Positions 37,401 to 48,690 of a stretch of 64,000 nt of DNA are shown in pieces. A model generated the notes under the pieces. It did not search any database. It was given only the letters and a program-made list of their open reading frames with translations, and was not told the DNA's origin. The position numbers and the translations under genes are program-made. How positions within the stretch are numbered: position 1 is the stretch's first letter; the number at the start of each line of letters is the position of its first letter. The DNA comes from Octopus sinensis (lineage: Eukaryota): contig NW_021832126.1 in assembly GCF_006345805.1 (NCBI RefSeq), forward strand, positions 248,001 through 312,000, given 5' to 3'.

Positions 37401-40400
37401 TTCCCATCGGTTCCCAGTTTATGTTATTCGTGAAGCAGAACAAACGGGAATAAACGTCCTTTTCATAATGTTGGTCAAAATACTACAAATAAATACAAAT
37501 AGACGACCGCTTGAAATTTAAAGCGAATTTCAGGATCTGAAAACTTCATTCCAACGAGAAAAGCCCCATCCAGGTGGCGGGAGTATTCATCCCGGTTGAA
37601 TGAGGAATCACTGAAACATGGAAATGGACAATACCTATATATGTGGTACACAATATTCATCAATCGAGTAAACAAAGCATTATTCTCGATGTAATGATCT
37701 TCAAAACTCGCCGCTAAATGATCGATGATATCACAGGTATCATCGAGGGGAGGGAATAGTGACTGGGACTGGCTAGACTAATTAAATGAGTAAAGGGGAG
37801 GTCTGACTGCGTTCAATATCCACGTTTCAACAGCATTCAATATCGAAGTCACAATTTTGGTGTCATTTGTCCCTAATATTAGTTCTTGTAGCATAGTTAA
37901 GAATTGTCGCTGGTTTTCGGGATTCATAACTCCACAACGATGCTTGATTATGTGTATAGCAGTCGAAATTAAATCAGTGACTACACACATTCGAATGCAC
38001 CATTACTTGACAGAGCTGAGTGCAACCCTTCGCACTGGAAACGCTGATTATCGATGAAATAAGTGACAAGTCTTCGGGCGCATCGCAATGCCTGAGGCAA
38101 AAATAGATCAGCGTAAGTCGGATAGCACTCCATCCCAATCTTTAGCAAAGATAACGAGTTATATATCACATTGATAGAGGATGTATTCAACCTAGAAATA
38201 AAGACGCCACTCAACATCTCAGTGTTCACGAAGGCATCACTCAAAAACTTGTTGAAGGAATTGTTAAGTGTTTGCAGTTCTTCAAGTTCGTTCCTGATGA
38301 GGACGACTTTTGAGTTGGAAAAGACTTCGGGAAACGTGTTCATCAGTAATCGGACCAAGGCATGGACTGACTTTAACACGACAATCGCCGAGCAATAGCG
38401 AAAGCAGTTTATAATGGCAGGATTTATTGCTCTTAATATTTGTAGAAACTGGGCCTTTTCCTAGAGGGTAGTAGAGTGTGAGAAATACCAAGTGGACAAT
38501 GATGATGGTGAGGACACTCACAATGTAGGCGAACGCGGGCTGAGAGTAACTTGTCTTCTCGGCTTCTGAAATCGCTTCTTCGAACCACTGAACGCATATT
38601 TCGGAAGAAATTGGTGCCATCTTTAGTTCCACGTACACTTTGAGAGAATCCAGACATCGGCTAGACATCAAATCTACAAAATATAACTCAGAACAAACCC
38701 GAATTTTCAGAAGGGTAGGAAAAACGAATCATGTACTTCAGAATTTCGTTGTAATTATGTTTGGGAATATTTCGCGGAGTCGACTACAAGAAATGACAGG
38801 AAAAGTGGACCTGAATTGAATCATCCCGAATCCACCTGATTATCATTTCAATGAGGTCCATCGCCAGTTTCCTGTGCTCCATTGACGTCTATATGTTAAT
38901 TAGGCACATAAAACATTCTTAGACGTTCCAATATTAGAAATCACGCTAACGAAGCCAGGAAACAATCTTCCAATCACAGGATAGAACAATCTCTGATGTC
39001 GGATTATCAGTTGTCTTGAATAAATCACGTGGAAATTACAGAACATGAAGAATCTGTCCTCCATTATACTCTTCGTGCATAAGTTGTTCGATCCATTGGA
39101 ATAAGTAATCCTAATAGTGAATGAAGGCCACGAACGTTGTTTCCTTTATCATTCACCATAATTGGAATTAGCACATCCAAAGCTTCCCGCACAACTGACT
39201 TGCAACCCTGATAATGCGCCTTGATTAGACCATTGCAAATCTTGGCGTGATTACAACTTGAAACTGATTTATTTGTCAGCTTTGTAAATTTGAATTTGGC
39301 AATGCAGTGGGCAAACAGGAGATATCGATAGTACTTGCAGACCAAGTCAATATTCGAACCCGTGTAGTTGAAGAAATCGCAACAATAGTTCAACAACTTC
39401 TTTAGTCGAAAGTCGAGTACACCCAAACCACTGTGGTATAAAGAAATGATAAACCTGATGGTATCCGGGAACTCTTCGTCGTTCTTGGGAGTGCAAAAGT
39501 AGTGATGAGCGTTCTGGATGAGTAGTTTGAGCATTCGTCCAATTGATATTTGGAAAAATGTGGAAAAGGCGCCCGAATGATTTCCATTGAATACCTACAA
39601 GTCAATTAAAAAAGGACAATTCGCAGAAATCTGTCGAAAGGGGAGTTGGTGTAGTCATCACTGCAGCAAGGAGGACCGAACAGTTCAGAAACATTGCCCT
39701 TCTCCATCTCTACTCTGTAGGAGTAGAAAATGACATATTTTAACACCTCGGACATATTTATTACAATAGCACCCTGCCTCGATAGTTGTCATCAATGTGA
39801 TCTTCATTTTTCAACTCTAGAAAACTCTCAAATGCTCTCTTCTTCCACTCGATGGGATATGTCTGACACACTAACCCACAAAAAAGCAACCTCGGGGACG
39901 GTTGTGTTGAGAAATGTTTTGAAAAAGTCAAAAACTCGAAGATAATTGCTTTCGAAGCAGACGAGCATGTCAAACAAAAGTTTAAAGTCATCCCGACGTT
40001 CCCTTGGAGTGTTAGAAACAGCAAATACTGGTAGCAAGGCAAAAGTATTTTGATAAGACTAAGCAAGTCCTTCCAACACAGTGGGTAAAACCACACCTAA
40101 ACCAGTCGACAAATAAGCTTACGAAATTTTTATTTCGAGTTGAAAAATCTGAATTTGTCAATAAACCGGCAAGAGTTTCAAGCTACTAATTGAGGTCATA
40201 AATATACCAAAGGAGGGTGATCAACCACCCACGTGATATTTCGAGATATAACAATTCGAATCAGTTTGAGGATAAAATGAATTGAGTGCCAGGCGCCCTC
40301 CGAATTAATCTGATCGCTGTTGGAATTGTGAACTGAAATCAATGATAATTGACAATTGACAAGTTCGTTGATTCTCCCAGCATAGTCCATAACAATTTTG

Positions 40401-43400
40401 ATTACGTTCTGACACTCTGGGTGTTTAAATGTTTTCTGTCAATACACAAAGACAAACAACCATCATGAAATTCATATGCTGCTGAGAACGAGCGGGGAGA
40501 TCAGTGAGGAGGTAACTGACTGCTTCCGCTGGAAATCTACAAAAAATGTAGCGCAGGGGAATCCTCAGGTTATCACTTTCCTGGACAATATGCCTATCAT
40601 AATTAACCTGGATGAACAGCAAATGTTCAAATTTAAGTACTATTCGGACTAGAACGTCAATAATCGAAGGATTGAGAGTAGATATTTTCCCAATCATTCT
40701 GAACTGTTCAAGGCACCGAGCAAAATTCTTTGAATGTTAAAAAACAGGAACCTCTGTTTCGAAGGGGTAGAATACGGTACTCCTCTGATTAACAATATAG
40801 TCCAACCCCTTTTCTAGAGTTATCTTGGCAGTAAACATCACAATTAAACTATAAAGTGTTTAATCATCGCCTCTGTTATGAAAGAAGGGAAAAGATGGGC
40901 AAGGTTGGTGAAAATCTCAAAGCTGTCGGTATCGGTGGTAAAAACATTATTCATCTTTGAATACTGCTCGTTTATCATGTTTTCCACCACTTTATGGTCG
41001 TAGTTAAAAATCTCGAGATACTAAAAATGACTGATAAATATACCTTTGAAGTGCAATAAAAGGCGCATTCTCGGATCGGCACTTCCTGGTGTACCAAATA
41101 CATGCAAAAGAGTCCAAAAGTCCTGTGCTTGCAAAACTCGGCATTGCTTAAGGCAGAGAGGAATCCTGTCAACTGTTACGTAATCACTACTCAAAAGAGA
41201 TTTGAGACATTCGATATACAGTAGTCATCGGTTAATTGCATATCGGTTAATTGCATAAATCGGTTAATGGCATAAATTCATGTTTAAAACCATAACTTAT
41301 ATGGTTTCCATTGAAAAAATATCGGCTAATTGCATATCGGTTAATTGCATAAATCGGTTAATTGCATACTCTCATTGGGAACATTTACTATTTTTTCTTA
41401 TAAAAATTTTCGCATAATTGCATAATTATAATTTGTAATTTTAAAATTTAATTATTATTACACATGTCATCTTCGTTACGTCGTGATCTTACACTTTCTC
41501 AAAAATTGGAAATAATCAATTTGTTTATTCAAGGAGGTCAAACTCAATCAGCTCTATCTGCAAGATTCAACTGTTCTCAGTCTCAAGTCTCACGGATTTT
41601 GAAGAATAGAGAAGAAATTATGCTATTGGCTGAATCTAATTGCACCAATTTGAGTCGAAAAAGACGACGCGATGGGAAAGAAAAGAACGTAGAAACTGCA
41701 TTGTCCGTTTGGTTTGCTCAAACCAGGACCAAAAATGTACCAATAAATGGTAACATACTAACCCACAAAGCTACTAGCTTTGCTAAAACAATGAAAATGG
41801 ATGACTTTATTCCTACTTCAGGTTGGCTTCAGCGTTGGAAAGAAAGAAACAACATATCATTTAAACGCATTTACGGGGAGAAAAAAGATTCCGATATAAA
41901 TGCTGCTGAATACTGGTGCCAATGGACATTAAAAGATCTTTTAAAAGATTATACACCGGAAAACATTTATAATTGTGATGAAACAGGACTCATATTCCGA
42001 GGTTTACCCGACCGGACACTATCATTTAAAAATGAAATACCGATTGGAAGTAAAAAAATGAAAGATAGAATAACTGTAATGGTATCCTGCAACATGACGG
42101 GTTCGGACAAACACCCATTGATGGTCATTGGGAAAAGAAAGAATCCTAGGTGCTTCAAAGGAATCAAAACACTTCCAGTTAACTACGTTGTCAATAAGGT
42201 AGCATATCAATTTCAGTAGAATTATAGAATGCATGGATGACATCACCCATTTTTAAAAACTGGTTATCATGTGTTAACAAGAAAATGAAAATACAAAAAA
42301 GAAATATAGCCATGGTCCTTGACAATTGTGCTGCGCATCCAAAAGATGCTGGAGAAAATCTATCAAATGTTAAATTGTATTTTATTCCACCAAACACATC
42401 CGCATGCATTCAGCCATGTGATATGGGGATCATAAAAAGTCTAAAGCACAACTACAGATTGGCATTTTTACAAAGAGTGATTGCCGTAATTGATTCAGAC
42501 GATGCCTGTCTCAAATCTGTTGTGAATTCTATCACTCTTTTGGATGCGCTACACATGCTCAAAATGGCTTGGAGGGAAGTCAAAATAGCAACAATTTACA
42601 ACTGTTTCCGTAAGGCTGGATTCCATGAGAAAGTGGGGGAAAATATGTTTAGTGACATTGAATGTGACGAAATAACGATGGATGTTGCTAATGAGGATGA
42701 AGAATGTATCGGAATCATGTCCGATGAAGAAATATGTTTAATGTCAAGAGATATTTCTTGTGAAGACGATGAGGACGATGAAGATCCCATACCCGTGAAA
42801 ACAACCAGTTCGGAAGCTATGGGTGCATGCAGATTAATACGCCAGTTTCTTACTAACAGCGATTTAACAAGTGAAATGGATATGGACAACTTCTATGAAC
42901 TAGAAAAAAGCGTCCTACGCCTTTGCCAGAAGACTAGACAGTCCAAAATTAATGATTTTTTTAAACGTTTTTGATTATTTTCTTTTCTTGACTATTAAAA
43001 AAATTATTGATTTTTATTAAAACATCGGTTAATTGCATATATCGGTTAATTGCATAAGATTTTCCGTGGACAAATGTTATGCAATTAACCGATGTTTACT
43101 GTATTCGTTCATTTCTTTAAATGAGTTCATGGCTGTCAGGCGTTCTTCGGGATCTTCCAAAATGGTAATGACCAGCTCGACACATTTGCGGTGGCTTTCC
43201 AATGAAAAGTCATAAGCACACAAATGAGAAATCCTGGGGAGAAAGAAAATAATTCCCTCCTGCAGGATAATCAAAACTCAAAACAATCAAGCCGACTCGG
43301 ACGTAAAAAGGTTCATTGAATATCCACGTGGGGAGAGAATGAAGACGGTGCACTATTGTGTCCTTATTCTCAACAATTGCATCCATCAAAAGATCAGGCG

Positions 43401-44009
43401 ACTTCAAATAAATCTCCGCAAGCAGACTTTGGCTCTGTTTTGGTCAACTTGACAAATAACCAGTTTGCGAGAACTCGGGTAAACAGAGAAGGCCTCGTGA
43501 ATGAGTGTCTTCATCACCAGCATAAAACTATCGAAATATCTTTTATCCTTTATAGCAGCAGCCTGCGCATTCTGAATAACCAAATGCAAAATATTCTGAC
43601 CAAACATGTCGTTAATGGACGCCTGTAACATTAACTCCCCAAATACAACCACTTCACTTAAATTACCCAACACAAAAAGTAGAGCCTTGACGCACTCCAA
43701 AGAATAGCGAATGGTAAAGTCAGGAATGAAGTTGAGCATGAGGCGGATTCCCCGACAACTGCAGGTGTGATACCGCAAGGACATACCCTCCAAACTTGGA
43801 AGACAGCATGTCTCCAAAACACGAATTGTAACTCTTTTCAAAAAAGTAGACGAAAAAAGACAGTTTAAGAGCCTACAATAATGCCAAATCAAAACCCTCT
43901 CCTTAGAACGACAGACACACGAGGCAGTTTCAATGAGATTGAAAATATAAGACTGCACGGAAGTAAAGAGGGAGTGGTCGAGAGTCAGAGCCTCGAGAAA
44001 CGCATCCAT
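34480..44009 (-). CDS. TRRAP: TRRAP/Tra1, central HEAT and FAT regions only; many micro-introns; one exon interrupted by a Tigger-like element
   Basis: KALLFVLGNLSEVVVFG, EGIIFF...HLCAYDF, KAHYQGCKSVVREALDVLIP, KAWGIF, GYLHASR...KARAYVGKCIYLLYYDD, RARDLMNHIQSRSP and LYRLLNEC match TRRAP blocks in the expected order. Ends are approximate. Confidence 0.85.
41219..43101 (+). mobile_element. Full-length pogo/Tigger element inserted in a TRRAP exon
   Basis: 23-bp TIRs CAGTAGTCATCGGTTAATTGCAT / CAGTAAACATCGGTTAATTGCAT; TA TSD at 41217-41218 and 43102-43103; repeated ATCGGTTAATTGCAT subterminal motifs. Confidence 0.95.
41464..42974 (+). CDS. pogo/Tigger transposase, 493 aa after removing a 29-nt intron (42199-42227)
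   Basis: HTH_psq, CENP-B HTH (SGWLQRWKER), DDD motifs NCDETG / LDNCAAH / QPCDMGII. Splicing the GT...AG intron joins the two ORFs in frame as VVNK-NAWMTS. Confidence 0.88.
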
Positions 44010-44326
44010 CAGCGCACACGTTAACGTTCTACTTAAAGAATGACTTTTGTGCTCCTTTTATTTGTCCGAATTGAATCAGTTAGCCAGTTCTCACAAGAGG
44101 GATTTGTCTCAAAAGTAGCCGAGAGTATTCAGGAAATGGACCAAAGTCGATTTTGGAACATAACAGCCCACATTTGTAGTGAAACAGTATAGAACTGTCC
44201 ATTCTCTGTTAGGCCTCAGTCGTACTACTGCATGATGACGTGTCTAAACTAGTGAGGATATACACGTGAGGGACTGTGATTTAGTCAGGTAGATCCTCCT
44301 CCACGACACACCTCCACCCACTGGAG

Positions 44327-47297
44327 GTGGATGCCAGGATTGCCCACGTCTGCCCCTCCACCAATGATATATGGATAGTGGACAGTGCCCCTCATTCTAC
44401 TCTCCTCAGACTGAAGGACTGCCATTCCCTCAGCACACAGTCCACTCCCTTCAAAATCGACATCCTCCTCCCCCACCCTGAGGACTGTGACACAATGGTG
44501 GCACTGAGTGATATAACACGTGACAATTATGCACGTGTTGGACATGTCTGATTATTATAGTTCATGTTTCTGACTGAGAATGGTGGAGTGACGTGGAGTC
44601 TGCTTAGCACTGATGTCTCTCTCGACAGTTGTGAGTGGAGGGGACACTCCAGTCTGTACTTCCTGAGGGATATTGAAGGTTGTCTGTCCTCAGTCATAAC
44701 TAAGGGGACACCCACCTAATCCTCTGCCGTATAAGGGACATGTGTCGGACTATCACCAACAATGTCACCAGGAATCACTTCCTCATTGGAGGGGCATTTG
44801 CCTACTTTGAAATAGATCAAAGGTATGAGGCATCCTCATAGCAGTACTGCCCACTACACCATTCCACTGTGGAGAGACCACTCGATTGTCCTCCCTCAAT
44901 TCCTTCCCTCCCCTCCTCAGGTTCCCGCCCTCATTTTGTCCTAGAAAGTACTCCACTTTGAGGGGGATGGGGCCAGGATTATATTGGCGGCACTTCAAAG
45001 GGTTGATGACGTCACTGCTAGTTTATATGTGTCTGATTCAAAGGGAAAATACTTCAAGAAAACAGTGACAAATATAATTAGTGAACCCGTCCTTCAATTC
45101 ATTAAAGTAATCATCGGCCATGACTTGCCAGTTGTCGACCACTGTCCTCGTCAATCAACGTGACTCCTCGGGAAACATGTTGACTTTGATATCTACGAAC
45201 ATGGGCAGCACATTTAGGAGGATATCATTAAACCTTCACATAGGAAAGGAGAATGTTCTGAGTAGTCCCGACTGTCCAGGCTTGCTTATTCTCTACGGTT
45301 ATTGCTGTGTGGGGAGGCTGGTAGGAATGAAGGGACCCCACTACGACCCAAACATCCCACATCACGCCTACATATCTACCGATGGGGGAATTAATTTTAA
45401 AAAAGTATATTAATTAATAATTTAGACATCATCATTTCGACCAATAATTGGTTTCCTTGATGGTGGGTCTGTCCTCATTGCAGTGAATGCGACGATTGTT
45501 GGGCAGAGAATTAACACTATTTTGTACTTTTCAATTGCCATTTGAGTTATTCTATCAACTACGGGGAGAGTTGGGAACACAAGGACACTCCTGGAGACAT
45601 TGTCCCTCTCAGATTCGAACAGATTTCTCGTTCTTCCTCAATAAGGTACATTTATTAGGATAATTAGACTCTTTGCATACAATGCCACCAGCAATCGACT
45701 TTTGATCATCACTTTAAATCTCCAAGCTCTATTGGGACGAAAATGCTCACAAAAGGATATATTAAATAATGTATTATATTTTAATAATATATTAATTAAT
45801 AATAAAATTTATATAAAATAGGCTCATGTGGGGACATGTCATTATGGGGTATCCTATCCACTCGTTTATCGACAACCACATCTCCTATGCAGAGTGGCCC
45901 ACCTAATGACCCCAAAATACTGCAACTGCACTGCAGAGGACTACGAGTGGTATAACTAGAATGTAATATCAGTGACTCGTCTCCAATCCTATCAGAATGT
46001 ATTAACAACGTGTCCAAATTCAACTACAATTGCTGGGAAGGAGAACCCATTCGTTCTAATAACGAGTTCCCCTCTTGGTATATTTCAGTATTCGTCTAAT
46101 TCCGGGGAACATGTGCGTGAATGACCAGACCGGGGATATGAATGCCCCTCCCTGTCCTTTCCAGCCCCCTTCCAACGTAAGCATAATCACTTCGGGGTAC
46201 AAATCAGTGTTCAGAGTGCTCGAGCAAGTCAACTTTATGGTACTCCAATATAAGGTGGGTGGGGAGTGCCATGTGGTAGGGGTGGCGGTCCAATATCACG
46301 TGTGTCTGGGATTTTGGGGATGGTTACATTTTGAGGATGGGGGAGGGGTGTTATAGTGTGAGGCATAAGTATGTGGACGGGGGTGACTACTCGGTCGGCG
46401 TGTGTCTCTCACACAGACACCACTCCCTGTGGGTGAATGCCTCGATGGATGTCACAATTATTGGTGAGTGTAGTACTGTGGTAGTGTAGACACACAGTTG
46501 TATGGCAGTCTTGAATATGACAAGGATATTTTTATAAATGAAATGTTTACTGTCCGAGTACACTCCAGTCTACTGAGTGACCACAAGGATGTAAATTCAA
46601 ATGATTTTATTTATAAATATATTTTTAATGATGAGGTGATTAATATACATATATTTTAGTTATTGAATAACTCTATAATCACAGACACGAATACATGTGA
46701 GTATATATATACTACTCCTGGCCAGTATGTAGGTCACGTCACTACTTACTCTCACTACGGGTCTCACTCCAGTGAGTTCGTGGTTAATGTGCACGGAGAG
46801 CCCCGGATATATGAGTTGACGTGCTCTCTGTGTGGTGAGCAACAATTTGTGACCCACCGGAAATATGTGATTGACGACTTGTACCTCCAACTTGCGAATG
46901 TTTGTGATTGGATTGAATTAGTAGTATTTGAAGCCGAATTACTTTCGTGTAGAAATGGATACTACTCGTGGTGGTGTCATTTTGGTTATTAAAATAGACG
47001 AGTCAACCTCCTCCGTATTATTACTTATATTATTTATGGTTGGGGGATGTGAAGAGGGGACTAATGTTGAATTTGGGGAGTAGAGAGTGTGTTTGTGGGG
47101 AATATTCGAGTGGATATTCGTGGAGATATCTCATCTCCGGATTGGTCGTTGCCATTGTGCTGGTTGGAATAATCCTCATATATTTGTTCTACAAGTATAA
47201 TGACTGTTCTATATATAGGAAAACGTGGATATCACGACTAGTGGGTAAAATGAAGCATCCTAAATATTTCGAATATAGGTTAACCACAATAGATTAA
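44327..47297 (+). CDS. VPS10-domain receptor (sortilin/SorCS-like), multi-exon
   Basis: BNR-like repeats (ISTNMGSTF, ISTDGGINF), 10CC-like IPGNMC, PKD-like YIYTTPGQY, transmembrane helix LISGLVVAIVLVGIILIYLF, short tail with a Tyr motif. Start codon not resolved. Confidence 0.8.
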
Positions 47298-48064
47298 AAT
47301 TTATTTAAAATAATAAATAGATTTATTTAAAATATTGTTTTTGTGTATTGGTAGTAAAGACACGCTGAATAGTAATAGTAGAATGTGTCCCTGTCCACGT
47401 CTGTCTCGAATTGGATTAGTCTAAGCAAGTCAGCTTCGATTTGATTTCTATATATATTAAACATATTACATTCTATGTATATCCAGGTTGGTTATTTGTG
47501 TCCAATCTTTTATTTTGACTTCAAAATCCTCATAGTTCTTGACTGCCAGAATACACGACCCCACCAAAATGTGTTTCCAGTTGTGTTTAGTCAGGGACGT
47601 CCGTCGTGTGGCTTTGGTCAAATAAATCTGTCGTGATACCACACAACCACCAGTGATATCAAAACGTGTTCAAAATTACAATCACAAAACAAAGTGTCCA
47701 CAAAAGTAGCAATTTGGTAATAAAATAGGCCCTTATTTTGGCGGGAACAAATGTAGATTTGGCGGGCTGGTTTAACTCCTTTTTGGTGAGTCAGTTCATA
47801 GTCGATAATATCAGTGATGAGTGAGCAGGCAGCAGAGGACAACAAATTGGATGTCTAGCATTAGGGCGGGAAAATATTCACTTTAAAATTATAAGTCTTT
47901 TGTTTGATTTGGTTAGAAAACGTGTAGTTGATATTGCCCATGATAAAATATTAAAATGATAATTTATTTATTTTTATTAAATAATTTACATTTAAATATA
48001 ATTAAACTGACGCAAATATAATTTTGTTTGTTGTGATGAGTAAATTAATTGTTAATATTATTCT

Positions 48065-48499
48065 AGGTTGATCAATCGATGCACCCAATAGGCGGAGACA
48101 AGTGAGGCGGAGACAAGTGAATCCCAATAGGCGGAGACAAGTGAGGCGGTCCAGGACAGGGGAAGAGGTCTTCGGGGGTGAAGGAACGGTATGTTTCGAA
48201 AATGAGTGGATGATGTCCCGAGCGAATCTGAGGAAGCTGGACACGGAGATATCTGCCAAGTGATTGCTTTGAGGAGTGGACCGGCGGGGGGGAGAGTTGA
48301 GAAGTTTGTTGTTTTTAAGCATCCTGATAGCACGAGAGGAGATGTAGTCATGGATTAGTTTATTCGCAGTTTTCCCATTGTTGGTTGAGAGTATTTTTGA
48401 AAGACATCTACATTGATGGGCCAGATTAGAAATAATGTGTCTTTTGTTTTCTGGAATAGAGATTTTGTGACTTGGATGAGAAAAGTCTTGTATTTCCTG
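48065..48499 (-). mobile_element. LINE 3' fragment, same family as 55100-55780, with local tandem duplication
   Basis: Near-identical to about 55205-55580; RVQL(A/P)QIRSGH motif; CCCAATAGGCGGAGACAAGTGAGGCGG duplicated. Confidence 0.75.
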
Positions 48500-48690
48500 T
48501 AGGAACTGGAGTCCTCTCCTCGTTCAGGCCAATCTCACTCATCTCTGTCCTATCAAAAATCCTCGAAAAATTTGTCCTGAAATCAATCTACCCTTTCCTC
48601 ACTCTATCAAAGTCACAACATGGCTTCCGTCCGCAGCACTCAACAACTACACACCTATCTTGTCTAACAAGATTCATTGCAACTCCCCTC
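48500..48690 (+). mobile_element. LINE RT N-terminal fragment abutting the satellite
   Basis: SSFRPISLISVLSKILEK...SQHGFRPQHSTTTHL. Confidence 0.85.

Noticed and set aside
42199-42236. Stop and frameshift suggesting the Tigger transposase is a pseudogene
   Set aside because: Better explained by a 29-nt GT-AG intron that restores the conserved motif exactly.
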